Assembly (NCBI RefSeq): GCF_006345805.1
Contig: NC_043013.1
Location: forward strand, 44,206,001-44,270,000
From: Octopus sinensis
Taxonomy: Eukaryota
Reading direction: 5' to 3'
Length of the DNA stretch: 64,000 nucleotides
The position numbers were made by a program, and so were the translations under genes. The notes beneath the pieces were generated by a model. It was not told the DNA's origin and searched no databases. It saw only the letters and a list, made by a program, of their open reading frames with translations. Positions 12,193 through 24,118 of this stretch are shown piece after piece. Numbering within the stretch: the stretch's first letter is position 1; each line of letters opens with the position of its first letter.

Positions 12193-13517
12193 AGAATTAC
12201 ATTATCTAATTTTTCTCCCGCACTTTTTTTTTAAATTTTGAAAATAGTAAAGCATAGTAATGAAGATTTGGCTGCTACTTCTAGCAGAATGAGACTATGT
12301 AGAGAGACTCTGATTGACAAGTAATAGTAGCAGCAATAGTTTCCAGTAAACATTACTGCCTGCCATCAGCTGTAGAGTGTAAAAGAGTTAAAACACTGGC
12401 AAAACAAAAAAAAGTTGAAGTTAGAGTGAGTTATAATAAAATAGGAAGAAATAGATGTTTTCATTCATAATATGTAGATGGAGCCTCTCTTATATACTCC
12501 AGGCTGTTTGGAAAGGGAAATTTTCTTGCTCAAATCATCTACAGTTATGGGGTATAAATAATACAGTAAGTAATGGAATGTCTCTTCATCCTAGTATTTG
12601 TAAACTTGAAGGTGTTTGCAAAAAAAACACCAAACACTTGTTTACAATAAAAGGGAGACATACAGACAGGAAGACTGTCGATAAATAACAAATTGTGGTT
12701 GGCGTGGGGGGGGGGGCAGAAGTGATGGTATGCTGTATGATGATGATGATGATGATGTTGATTTTATCCATGGGTGTGAGGACAGAAATTTAGTGGATGG
12801 GGTGAGAAAAAAAGCAAATTAATTGTTGTTTAATTAATCAACTGTGATTTTGGTGTGATTTGAACTCAGAAAATAACAAATCAGAACAACAGTTTTGACA
12901 ACGCATTATAATAATAATTATAGTAATGACTTCTAACATAGCCAGCCACAAGGCCCAAAATTTAAGGAGTAAGTTTAGTCAATTAAATCAATGATGGTAT
13001 TTGACGGGGAAGGGCAGGGTACATATTTTATAAGGAAAGTTGGCCTGCAATAGGCATTTGAACTCAGAATATAAAAAATAAATTCCACAAGTTATTTTGT
13101 CAAACACCCTAACAATAATGATAAAACATTATAATGAAGATGATGATGATGATGATGAAGGTGGTTTTAAATTTTGGCACAAGGCCAGCAATTTGGGGGG
13201 GAGGGTAAATCAATTATATCAACCCCAGTGCTCAACTTGTACATATTTTATCAACCCTGAAAGGATGAAGGGCGAAGTCAACCCCTGTGGGACATAATGA
13301 TAATAATCCTTTCTACTAAAGGCACAAAGCCTGAAATTTTGGGGGAGGGAACCAGTCAATTACATTGACCCCTGTGTTTCACTGGTACTTTATATTATCG
13401 ACCCCAAAAGGATGAAAGGCAAAATCAACTGCTGTGGAATTTGAACTCATGAAGCAAAGACAGCTTCAATGCTGCTACGCCTTTCACCTGCCAGCTCCAC
13501 ACCTTAACAACAACAAC

Positions 13518-13554
<37 letters not shown>

Positions 13555-14049
13555 GTTTTTGATTTAGGCAGAAGACTAGTACTTTTAAGGGAGGAGTTAG
13601 GAGATGCCAACAACCTTAGTATTTGACCAGAAGTTTGTTTTATTGACAGTGAAAGGATAAAAGCAAAGTTGTCCTCCATGAGATTTGAACTCCATGAAGA
13701 GGGGCAACAAATTCCGGTAGGAATTTTTTTTTTTTTTAATGATGTTCTGAAAAAAAGTAAATACCAGGCGGAATACCGAAAGTAACTTCCCAGTGTAATT
13801 AGTCAAGAAAAAAAGAAAGAGTGAAAGAGAGAGAGAGGGAGTGAGTGAAAAAAAATTGTGGGACAGGATCATAATCATTAAATATGAATTACTTACTTAA
13901 AATCCATTCCAAATATTAATTAAGGGGGTAAAACAGTTCCCGTTGGTGGTAATATTTCACACGACACTCATAGTGTTCATGTTGTTGTTGTTGTGTCATA
14001 TGAAAATCCCTACACTTAAACAGACCTAGGCTCTCTGCCTCTGCTCGGA

Positions 14050-14266
14050 TGGCTTCGCCCACACTACTAAAGAGCAACACATGCCTTTTTCTTTTTTTCT
14101 TTCTTTTTCCTTGCTTGCTTTTTTTTTTTTTCTTTCCTTACCTGCTAAGAAACTCCCTCCTGTATACTCCCCCCTCTTTGTCTGTCTGCCTGTCTGTCTA
14201 TCCACTTCACTCCCATTCCCACACTATCCAGGTCTTCTCCTATCCCATCCCCCACTATCTTTCTCT

Positions 14267-14311
<45 letters not shown>

Positions 14312-15070
14312 CACATATATATATACTTATGCATGCACACACATTTATATATAATGGTCCTTTTCCATTCCCTTGTTCTCCATCCATCTCTAAATTTACC
14401 CCCTCCTCTTATTCTATTCATCTCTCTCTCTCTCTCTCTCTCTCCAAACACACACACACCACACTCTCATACATGCACTTACTTTGCAGTTATCCTTCTC
14501 TAAATCCCAGTCTTCCTTATTCTATCTTTCTCTGGTTCCCCTCTCAGTCACTCATACCGGCTTTCTCACTATTTCTTTCCTTCTTTCTGTCTTTCTCTAT
14601 CTGTCTCTCTCTACATCTGCCTCTCTCCCTCCATCTCTTCCTTTCTCCTTTTTTTGCAGCTACTATACATTCTCAATGTTCTTCTCTCTTTCTCTCTCTC
14701 TCTTTTTTATAACCACTTCTCTCTCTGCTTTGTCTCTATCAATCTCTGTGTCCTGTCTCTTTCTCTATCCACCTCTCTCTTCCTACCTGTCACTCTGTCT
14801 TTCTATCACTCGCTTCTGCCTGTCTCTCTGCCCATCTCGCTTTCTCTATTTCAACACCTCCCTTTATACATCGGCTTCTATCCCTCACCCAACATCCAAC
14901 ATCCACACCCTTTTAGCACTTCTCATGCCCTACACTCCCCGGCAAATCTCCCCCACCCCACCCTGCGGTCTTACTCCCATTCCTCCTATCAGTGACACCT
15001 CCTATCCCCCTTCCACCACCCTCTCATTACAGTAACTACTACCGCCACCTCCACCACCTCATCACCAACC
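14050..15070 (+). repeat. About 1 kb pyrimidine-rich low-complexity tract with (GT)n, (CT)n and (CA)n blocks
   Basis: The plus strand is almost entirely C/T. The long ORFs here are S/L/F/P-biased artefacts. Confidence 0.9.
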
Positions 15071-15521
15071 AACTACAGAAGTGGGTCCCCGATTTACCTG
15101 GCCCCTGGTTGAGACTTAGTAAACTACTTCATGTTCTTCAGTTTAGTCTCATTGTGTCATTCCAAGTGTCTTGATCTGCTCCTCTGGAACGAGGGCCTGT
15201 ATATATACACACACACATACGGATACATGCACGCACATTATAAAATATCATACATCATACACATACATATCAGCATGTGAGTATCCACATACATGCTCCC
15301 TCTCACATACACATGCACACACTCATATTAAGTGCACAAACAAATATCAACACACTCATTTTATCAGCTGAATAAATATAATTATATTCTATACCATGTA
15401 CCATACACATGTATTGAGTGCTTTTTCTCTTGCCCGAGATAAACTTATGTGTGTATATGTGTGTCTGCATGTGCTTGGGTTTGTCTCTCAACCATTTGCC
15501 AACAGGTATTGATTGAGACTA

Positions 15522-15758
15522 AAGGGGGCAAGGTGGCAGGGTTGTTAGCACGCCGGGCGAAATGCTTACCGGTATTTTGTCTGCCGCTGCGTTCTGAGTT
15601 CAAATTCCGTCGAGGTCGACTTTGCCTTTCATCCTTTCGGGGTCGATTAAATAAGTACCAGTTACGCACTGGGGTCGATGTAATCGACTTAATCCGTTTG
15701 TCTGTCCTTGTTTGTCCTTTCAGTGTTTAGCCCCTTGTGGGTAGTAAAGAAATAGGTA
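15522..15758 (+). mobile_element. SINE-B monomer
   Basis: gttagcacgccgggcgaaatgc...gagttcaaattcc...gggtagtaaagaaataggta, flanked by similar aggtattgatt / aggtactgatt (probable TSD). Confidence 0.9.
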
Positions 15759-15899
15759 CTGATTTGTTTATGACCCTGTAACTTAGGAGTTCAGCAAAAG
15801 GAGGGTGATGGAAGAAGGGTAGCAGATTTAAAATTAGTGCTGGAGTGTCTTTCTATGGCCACGATTCAATTACCGAAGCAAGTAAAAGAATATACACAC

Positions 15900-16022
15900 A
15901 GGCGCAGGAGTGGCTGTGTGGTAAGTAGCTTGCCTCCCAGCCACATGGTTCTGGGTTCAGTCCTACTGCGTGACACCTTGGGCAAGAGTCTTCTACTATA
16001 GCCTTGGGCCGATCAAAGCCTT
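15900..16022 (+). mobile_element. SINE-A 5' half (interrupted host copy)
   Basis: aggcgcaggagtggctgtgtggtaagtagc (A box), gggttcagtcc (B box), caccttgggcaag, ending at aaagcctt. Confidence 0.9.
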
Positions 16023-16414
16023 ACTCTTTTACTTGTTTCAGTCATTTCACTGTGGCCATGCTGGAGCATCACCTTTAGTCAAGCAAATCGACCCCAGGAC
16101 TTATTCTTTGTAAGTCTAGTACTTATTCTATCGGTCTCTTTTGCTGAACCGCTAAGTTACGGGGACGTAAACACACCAGCATCGGTTATCAAGTGATGTT
16201 GGGGGGGACAAACACAGACACACAAACATATACACACACATATATATTTACATATATATACGACGGGCTTCTTTCAGTTTCTGCCTACCAAATCCACTCA
16301 CAAGGCTTTGGTTGACCCAAGGCTATAGTAGAGGACACTTGCCCAAGGTGCCATGCAGTGGGACTGAACCCGGAACCATGTGGTTGGTAAACAAGCTACT
16401 TACCACACAGCCAC
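16023..16414 (-). mobile_element. SINE-A full copy inserted antisense into another SINE-A
   Basis: Near-consensus copy lying between the two halves of the plus-strand copy. Confidence 0.92.
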
Positions 16415-16676
16415 TCCTGCACCTTGTGAGTGGATTTGGTAGACGGAAACTGAGAGAAGCCTGTCGTATATATATATATATGTGTGTTTGTGCCCCCACC
16501 ATCACTTGACAACCAATGTTGGTCTGTTTATGTCCCCCATAACTTAGCAGTTCGGCAAAAGAGAGCGATAGAATAAGTACTAGGCTTACAAAGAATAAGT
16601 CCTGGGGTTGATTTGTTCGACTAAAGGCGGTGCTCCAGCATGGCGGCAGTCAAGTGACTGAAACGAATAAAAAATA
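16415..16676 (+). mobile_element. SINE-A 3' half (continuation of 15900-16022)
   Basis: Resumes at tgtgagtggatttggtagacggaaactg and runs to the tail. Confidence 0.9.
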
Positions 16677-16725
16677 AATAAATGTGTGCATGCTATTTAT
16701 GTGGTTGATTTATTTTCTATTACAG

Positions 16726-17259
16726 TTCGTTAAGCATTATTGGATACATGTTTCTTTGTGACCCAGTCACCGGTTCACTGCATCTTTGACGAGGAAGGAG
16801 ATAAGGGAATTCCTGTAACTCAGTGTAAAACAAACGCCACAAAGGACTTTATTCATTGTGCACCACTCTTCATAATTTTCTTACCATTCTTTACATTCTT
16901 CACCAATATATATTGGTGAAGTGTGTGTAGTAGGGACGCTGGCAACAGGTAGTGTCAGTGCTATGACGTCGGGAACTTCAGTTCCTAGTAGGGCCACTCA
17001 AGGCGGATTGGTCTGACACCGAGAGGTATTAGGGCCACAACCCGGCAGACGGGGCTCTGGTGAAAATCCTCGGAGTGTCTATTTCGGCAACTGGCAGCTC
17101 CTCGGTCGTTGTCCCTGCGTCTGCGGACAATCTGCGGCAAACAGGATGTCTCTGCATGCGGGATTGTCGGGGCCCGTTTGTGAAATCCACATATTCCCAC
17201 GAAACTTCTTCCAAAACACCGACTCAACCAGCCCAAGATGAATGTCAGTACAAGTACAA
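16726..17259 (+). other. Candidate exon (non-coding, UTR or first exon) overlapping a unique CpG-rich island
   Basis: Acceptor ttttctattacag at 16713-16725 and donor CAA|GTAAGT at 17259/17260. 16950-17240 is GC- and CpG-rich and not repeated elsewhere in the window. No recognisable protein. Confidence 0.35.
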
Positions 17260-17559
17260 GTAAGTGTAATATTTGCATATATAAGAGGGAACTGTATGTG
17301 TCTGTATGGATTTGTTTGTCATTGTTTGAGCAAAATGCTACTGATGTTTGGATTCCTTGCTGACATTTTGACTGGTCACTCTGTGCTTTCAAAGACTAGT
17401 AAAAATGAAATCCCTTACTTGAAAAACAGGTAAGGGTTGGTGGCAGGGAAACTAGTCAGCCATAAAATTCTGCCTCAAGCAAGTTCCCATCCAAGCTATG
17501 CTCTAATGAAAATATGGAATTATATGAACAAACAATGCAAGTGTGTGTATGTATGTGTC

Positions 17560-17606
<47 letters not shown>

Positions 17607-17614
17607 GGTGGCAA

Positions 17615-17870
17615 CTTTTGGTCATGAATGACCATGGGATTGCACCTAGAAAGTTACCCTCCAAGGCACAAGACTGAGCAAGGTTTATATGAAAGACCAG
17701 CAGTCGCCCATGCATACCAGCCTTTCCATGCCATTGATGTTTATCCAAGGGATAATTTCTACAGCTGAGTGAACTGGAGCAACGTGAAATAAAGTGTCTT
17801 GCTCAAGAACACAACACGCAGCCTGGTCCAGAAATTGAACGCACGACCTCACGATATTAAGCTCAACTCT
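17615..17870 (-). mobile_element. SINE-C, head partly eroded
   Basis: Minus strand contains gtgttcttgagcaagacactttatttcacgttgctccagttcactcagctg and ends tgcaatcccatggtcattcatgacc. Second copy at 29200-29530. Confidence 0.85.
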
Positions 17871-18166
17871 GAATGTAAACAGGACAGGTTGCAATGTTTC
17901 ACCAAAAAGGAGAATTATAATTGTCACAAAAAGGTGACTAGGGTGTTAAAAAATACCTATATTGCTAGAAATAACAGTTAAAATGCTCTAGTGCTGTAGT
18001 TAATGCACATGAATGAATACTTATACCCTAATAGGCACTATAAGTGTCTGAAAATGCCATATATAAAATATAGGATAAAATCTTTATAAGAATTTATCAA
18101 GTAGTTAGCATGAAAATCCTCATAAGGGAAAAAATCTATTAATTATTCCCTATAAATACATTTATC

Positions 18167-18315
18167 TATATTAAGTGCATTACTATATATAAATGCCTCA
18201 CACTAGGAGGGACTCTTAAAGTCAAAACTACTATAATAACCACATTGTACCGAACGCGAGGGAGACTTAAAGAGTCCCCCCTAGCGTGAAGCATTTATGT
18301 ATAGTAATGCACTTA

Positions 18316-18320
<5 letters not shown>
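18167..18320. repeat. Inverted repeat (57-bp arms, 40-bp spacer)
   Basis: tatattaagtgcattactatatataaatgcctcacactaggagggactcttaaagtc pairs with gacttaaagagtccccc...atagtaatgcacttaatata. Confidence 0.9.
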
Positions 18321-18359
<39 letters not shown>

Positions 18360-18360
<1 letters not shown>

Positions 18361-18558
18361 CATAAAAATATCGTGTACATTAGAACACATTAAGTGGCTT
18401 CCAAAGAGGAAAGCCTTGTGCTAGAAAAAGCAAAATTTCAATCCTTTCGAGAATTTATCCATAATTAGTGGTTTGAGTTTTCTACTGCTCTTTCTAGCAA
18501 AAGGCTTTCCTATTTGGAAGCCCCTTAATGTGTTTTAATGTACACAATATTTTTATGT
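18360..18558. repeat. Inverted repeat (about 73-bp arms, 53-bp spacer)
   Basis: cataaaaatatcgtgtacattagaacacattaagtggcttccaaagaggaaagcc...gca pairs with tgc...ggctttcctatttggaagccccttaatgtgttttaatgtacacaatatttttatg. Confidence 0.9.
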
Positions 18559-19026
18559 GAATAATATATAGTCTATTGACTATTTCTTTTATTTTTTGTG
18601 CTAGGCCACTGGTAATAATAATTTCTATAATTCTTATTACCCTAATATTATTTATTATATATATATATATATACATACACACACTCAGTAATGAGAGTAA
18701 GGTATATGTATACAAACACTGACAAGACATTCTGTATGTATATATGACTACATATATTTATCTATGCCTGTATCTCTCTCATCTCTCTCTACCTGTTACA
18801 CTTACCTTTCTGCAGGTACTAATACAGATATACTATTTCACATGAGTGAGCATAAAATGTATTACACACATGAACCAAGGCTGCTTCTAATGAGTGACCA
18901 GTCCACTGAAATAGCAGCTAGCTCACACAAATCATGCCCTTGTATCTTACTGGATAATGTAGTCCGACATACTCACGAAAGGATGGGATGGTCTCTGAGA
19001 GAATGCTTTTTATTACAGATTTGATT

Positions 19027-19215
19027 TAACCATTTTGTTACTGTATTTCTGTTGAGATGTTCTGTATTTCTTTCAATTAATTTTAAATATTACAAAGAAT
19101 TTAGTAAAATAACTTAGTTATCATTAAGCTGGTGTTAGGAACATAAATTGCGACTATGGTTTGGTGGAAGATTTTAATTCAAAACTTATGAAAATAAGAC
19201 ATTTGTACTACAGAA
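19027..19215 (+). mobile_element. piggyBac-type MITE family P1, right end missing
   Basis: ttaaccattttgttactgtatttctgttgagatg... matches the complete copies at 22579 and 57503. Confidence 0.85.
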
Positions 19216-19371
19216 CCACAGGCTGGGAAGGAAGTTTCTTACCACACAGCCACGCCTGTAACTATACAAAAAAAAAAAAGCATATCATCATTGACTTTGT
19301 TCTAATATCCACTTTTCCATGTTTGCATGTGTGTGTCAGAGAGCTTCCCCATATACATACATATATATGTA

Positions 19372-20602
19372 CACAGACATGACAGAAGTAAATAGACACC
19401 CTACAAAACATTGTTTTATGTTTATTCTAACTTGTAAGGTTTGTATTTTTTATAAATTGACATTTTTATGTTTCAGGTTCTATATGTGACTGTTTAATCC
19501 TGCCATGTACAAAAGAAGCCTTGGAACTGTTTGAATTTCAAAGAGGCTGTGGGTCATTCTGGTGATAGACATAGCATAAAATTGCAGAAAACCATGGGAT
19601 CCTGCTTTCTACAGTTAATAGAGTGATTGTGCAATTCACCAGAGAGGGGAACGAGTCTGAATCACCTCACCCACATCAACCAAGGTGACAGGACACTTCT
19701 CTTTGGTAAAAGAAGTGTGGTGGATAATCCTTGTTGCAAGGCCTCTGGCATAGCAGAACAAGTTGATATCAGTCTCAGAACAGCTGTCAGGTATCTCCAC
19801 AAGCTCGGTTGCTATGGCAGAGCAGCAAGAAGGAAGCCACTTCTTCGACCAGCCAACATGAAGCAGAGAAAAGATTGGGCCAGGGAGATGGTGGAGAGGC
19901 CACTAGCATTTTGGGACGCTGTCATATTTCCTGATGAGTCCAGATTTGCTGTATTTCCTGACAGTAGTTGAGTGTGGGTCTGGAAACTCTTTGATCAAAA
20001 ATTTGATGTGAAAAGATTGCAGCCAACAATGAAACAAGGCAGTTGGTTTGGGGAGCAATTTGGAGCAATGGTTGATCAGAGCTGGTGGAGTGTGAGGGAA
20101 ACATAACTTCAGATAAATATGCGTCCACATTGTAGAGAGGACTCCTTCCAATCTTCTCCAGTGGTGAAATGATTAAAGAAGACTCTTTATTTATGGAAGA
20201 TGGGGCTCCTTGTCACATGGTTAAAATGACCCAAGATTTGTTGGATGAGAATGGCATTAAAAACCTCCCATGGCCAAGCCAGTCACTAGTTATGAACCCA
20301 ATTGAACACCTCTGGGACATTATGGACAGGACACTTCATAAAAAGAACAAAAAAGTGTTTTCAAAGCCAGATCATTTGAGATTACTGCATGAAACTTGGC
20401 AAGAAATTCTGGAAGAGAATATTCGTCATCTCATCAGTAACATGCCCAATAGGGTCTTTGCACTGAAAAATGCAAAGAGCATATCTACAAAATATTAAAT
20501 GTTCACATTACAACATTTAATAGATAATTTGAATGTATAATTTTAGATTTAAATAAATTTTAATGATTATAAGGAGATCTATTTATTTCTGTCATGTCTG
20601 TG
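19372..20602 (+). mobile_element. Full-length degenerate Tc1-family transposon (second family)
   Basis: 25-bp TIRs cacagacatgacagaagtaaataga / tctatttatttctgtcatgtctgtg, with TA on both sides. Confidence 0.92.
19500..20498 (+). pseudogene. Tc1 DD34E transposase pseudogene
   Basis: RAARRKPLL, VIFPDESRF, and FMEDGAPCH...WPSQSLVMNPIEHLW with 34 residues between D and E. Interrupted by stops and frameshifts. Confidence 0.95.
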
Positions 20603-21031
20603 TATGTGTATGCATATGTATGTATATAATGATATGCAAATGGAGAAAACTGTCAATGTGGATGTCATGCACATATTGAGAAACTCAATAGCAGTATGTG
20701 ACTCATCAGTTTTTATGATGAACATTTAAGATCTCTATTGCATGCTGGCAATGAGGAGAACAGTTTGTTATGATCTCATGGGTTCAAGGACCATATTGTT
20801 CTCCAGTGTCTGCTTCAGCATGGTTTCTGTGGCTGTACATGCATCTTAATGCCACCCACTTTACAGCACTAGAGAGACTGCGATACAGCTTGCAAGACTA
20901 CAAAACCTGGGAGGGAGGGGGCTTCATGTGAGACGTGGGGTTAAAATATTGGAGAAAGGAAGGGAAGGAGGACTGAGTAGGTTTTTGTAGAATAGCTACA
21001 TATTCTATATTTTCAATATCCATATTCCTTT

Positions 21032-21067
<36 letters not shown>

Positions 21068-21196
21068 CCTTAATTTTTTTTTATACTTGTTTCAGTCATT
21101 AGACTGTGGTCATGCTGGAGCACCTCCTTCAAGAATTTTAGTTGAACAAATTAATCCTGGTGTCTACTTTTTTTTTAAAGCCTGGTACTTATTCTT

Positions 21197-21610
21197 ATTT
21201 CTTTATTGCCCACAAAGGGCTAAACACAGAGGGGACAAACAAGGACAGACAAAGGGATTAAGTCGATTACATCAATCCCAGTGCGTAACTGGTACTTAAT
21301 TTATCGACCCCGAAAGGATGAAAGGCAAAGTCGACCTCGGCGGAATTTGAACTCAGAACGTAACAACAGACAAAATACCTATATCTTTACTACCCACAAG
21401 GGGCTAAACACAGAGGGGACAAACAAGGACACACAAACGGATTAAGTCGATTACAGCGACCCCAGTGCATAACTGGTATTTAATTTATCAACCACGAAAG
21501 GATGAAAGGCAAAGTCGACCTCGGCAGAATTTGAACTCAGAACGTAACGGCAGACGAAATACCTATTTCTTTACTACCCACAAGGGGCTAAACACAGAGA
21601 GGACAAACAT
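21197..21610 (-). mobile_element. SINE-B tandem multimer (two headless units plus a partial third)
   Basis: Units of about 182 bp joined at 21378/79 and 21562/63 through gaaatacctatttct. Confidence 0.9.
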
Positions 21611-21706
21611 GTTTATGTATGTGTGTGTGTCTATATATATACATAAACATACACACACACACACACACTCTATATATATATATATAGTGTGTGTTATGTT
21701 TATGTG

Positions 21707-21744
<38 letters not shown>

Positions 21745-22578
21745 CACACACACATACATAAACATGTGTGTGCATGTATGTGTGTGTGTATATATATATA
21801 TATACATAAAGATACACACACACACACACACACTATATATATATATTTATATAGTGTGTGTGTGTGTATGTTGATGTATGTATGTATATAGTGTGTGCAT
21901 GCATATACACACACACACACACATATATATGCAGCAACAATGAAACTTGCCACCACTACCATTGCTACCTTACCCTACCATCAGCTCCAAAAGAGTTTAA
22001 AGTGTTGCCTTGTCTAAAATTGACCTGTCTTTCACCTGAGCAACTGTTTGGTGGAGAAACCTGATAGCTAGAAGTAATGTACAGTTGAGTGTTACAGATT
22101 CATCAGACTTGTTCTTCTTTTGAACTTGGCCCTACACCTTAAGATTTCTTTTCTTTTTTATTTTTTCGTCTTTGTTTTTCAGCATTTCAGAGCCAAGGCT
22201 AGCTGCAGTGAGGCTGACTGGCTGGCTTATTGAAACACTCCTTTTCTCACACACTCACTCACTCTCTCTCTCTCTCTCCTCCCACTTTCCTGTGTCTCTT
22301 TTATATTGGCTCTTTTCCTTTTCTGCTCTATCCCTCTAAACATAGTGTTGTCATAGCCCCATGGGCAGCACCAAGGGAGCTGGCCTATTATGAAATAAAT
22401 ATGATTTGAAAGAGATTTGGCTGCTGTTTTTAGCTAGCTAAGAATCTGTATAAAACCCCTCTCAGTATAGAACTGCTAAGATGGTGAGCTGGCAGAATCA
22501 TTAACATGTTGGACAAGTCTCTCTTTACATTCTGAGTTCAAATTCTGCTGAGGTTAACTTTGTCTTTCATCTGTTTAA

Positions 22579-22799
22579 CCCTTTTGTTACTGTATATATT
22601 TTGAGATGCTCTGTGTTTCTTTCAATTAGTTTAAATACAACAAAGAATTTAGTAAAATAACTTAGTTATCATGAAGCTAGAGTTGGGAACATAAATTGTG
22701 ACTAAGGCTTGGTGGAATATTTTAATTCAAAACTTATGAAAACAAGACATTTTACCACTGTGCCAGAGCCGGTTTTTGACCAGGTTAGTAACAAAAGGG
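22579..22799 (+). mobile_element. piggyBac-type MITE family P1, complete
   Basis: TTAA-cccttttgttac...gtaacaaaaggg-TTAA. Confidence 0.92.
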
Positions 22800-23159
22800 T
22801 TAAAGTTGATAAAATATGAACCAGTCCAGCACTGGGCTCCAGGCCTTGTCCTATAGAATAAAAGACTATAGCACTCTTCTTTTATCCTTTCTTTTACATG
22901 TTTCAGTTCTTGGACTGTGGCCAAGCTGCAGCACTACCTTGAAGAGTTTAGCCAAACAAATCAACCCCAGTACTAAGTCTGGTATTTATTCTTACGGTTT
23001 CTTCCAGTAAATCGCTATGTTACGAGGACATAAACAAACCAGTATTGGTTGTCAAGTAGTGGGGAACTACAATCATAAACATCAAGTCATATAAATATAG
23101 ACTTGATACATCAGTAGCCACTACACACATTTTTTTCTCTCCTTGTTTTTTTCTGTGTC

Positions 23160-23197
23160 TCTTTCTGTAGAAGAGCGTAGGCTCGAAATGTAAAAGA
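23160..23197 (+). ncRNA. Hammerhead-like motif with variant core in a probable Penelope pseudo-LTR fragment (about 23110-23290)
   Basis: TCTTT-CTGTAGAA-GAGC-GTAG-GCTC-GAAA-TG-TA-AAAGA. Stem I is 5 bp and stem II is 4 bp. Stem III would be the palindrome ACGT if TG is a decayed CpG. Triplet GUA. Confidence 0.5.
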
Positions 23198-23836
23198 CTT
23201 TTTTCTATTCCTGAGCGTTATACTAATACATCTGTTTGTTTTGTACACCACCTGTCTTTGTCTTTTGGTTTTTTTTTTGTAAACTCTCCCTATATATATA
23301 TGTATGTATGTGTATATGTGTGTGTGTGTGCGTGTGTGTGTGTATATATATATATATGCATAAATATATCACATGATCATGTGACTGACCATACTATCAG
23401 ATACCATTATACAACACTGATCACAATAAACTTTGCTTTTATTTTATATATATATATATTATATATATATATTATATATATATATATATATTTATGTATA
23501 TGTGTATGTATGCACGAATGGCTTCCACACAGTTTCCATCTATCAAATTCACATCCAAAGTTTTGGTCAGTCTAGTGTTATAGTAGAAGACATTTGTCCA
23601 AGGTGCTGTCCAATGGAACTGAAGCCAAAGCCATGTGGTGTCATCAGCCAGCTGGAAAAGATGTTTTCCCAGGGCTAAATCAACAGTAGCATCGTCCTTT
23701 ACAGGACTGCCACATTATGTTGGCATATAAACCTTACAATATACACATATATATGGCTCTTTTTTTAATGGTAGAGCATAATTTTCTAGTAAATCAAGTG
23801 GGCTACTTGAAGCTTCATCAGATGATGGATAATATA

Positions 23837-24050
23837 TACTCTTTTACTCTTTTATTGGTTTCACTCATTTGACTGTGGCCATGCTGGAGCACTGCCTCTA
23901 GTCGAGCAAATCAACTGCAGGACTTATTCTTTGCAAGCCTAGTACTTATTCTATAGGTCTCTTTTGCTGAACTGCTATGTTACGGGGACATAAACACACC
24001 AGCATCAGTTGTCAAGTGATGTTGGGGGACAAACATAGACATACAAACAT

Positions 24051-24118
<68 letters not shown>

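Noticed and set aside
14049-15035. Long hydrophobic ORFs (up to 183 aa) resembling membrane proteins
   Set aside because: They result from C/T low complexity, and all three frames are open.
16972-17240. ATG-initiated frame interrupted by a single TGA (possible selenocysteine or readthrough)
   Set aside because: No selenoprotein-like motif, no SECIS that I could identify, and no recognisable homology.
21563-21962. Long ORFs of YIYI, VCVC and HTHT
   Set aside because: Dinucleotide microsatellites lack stop codons in some frames.
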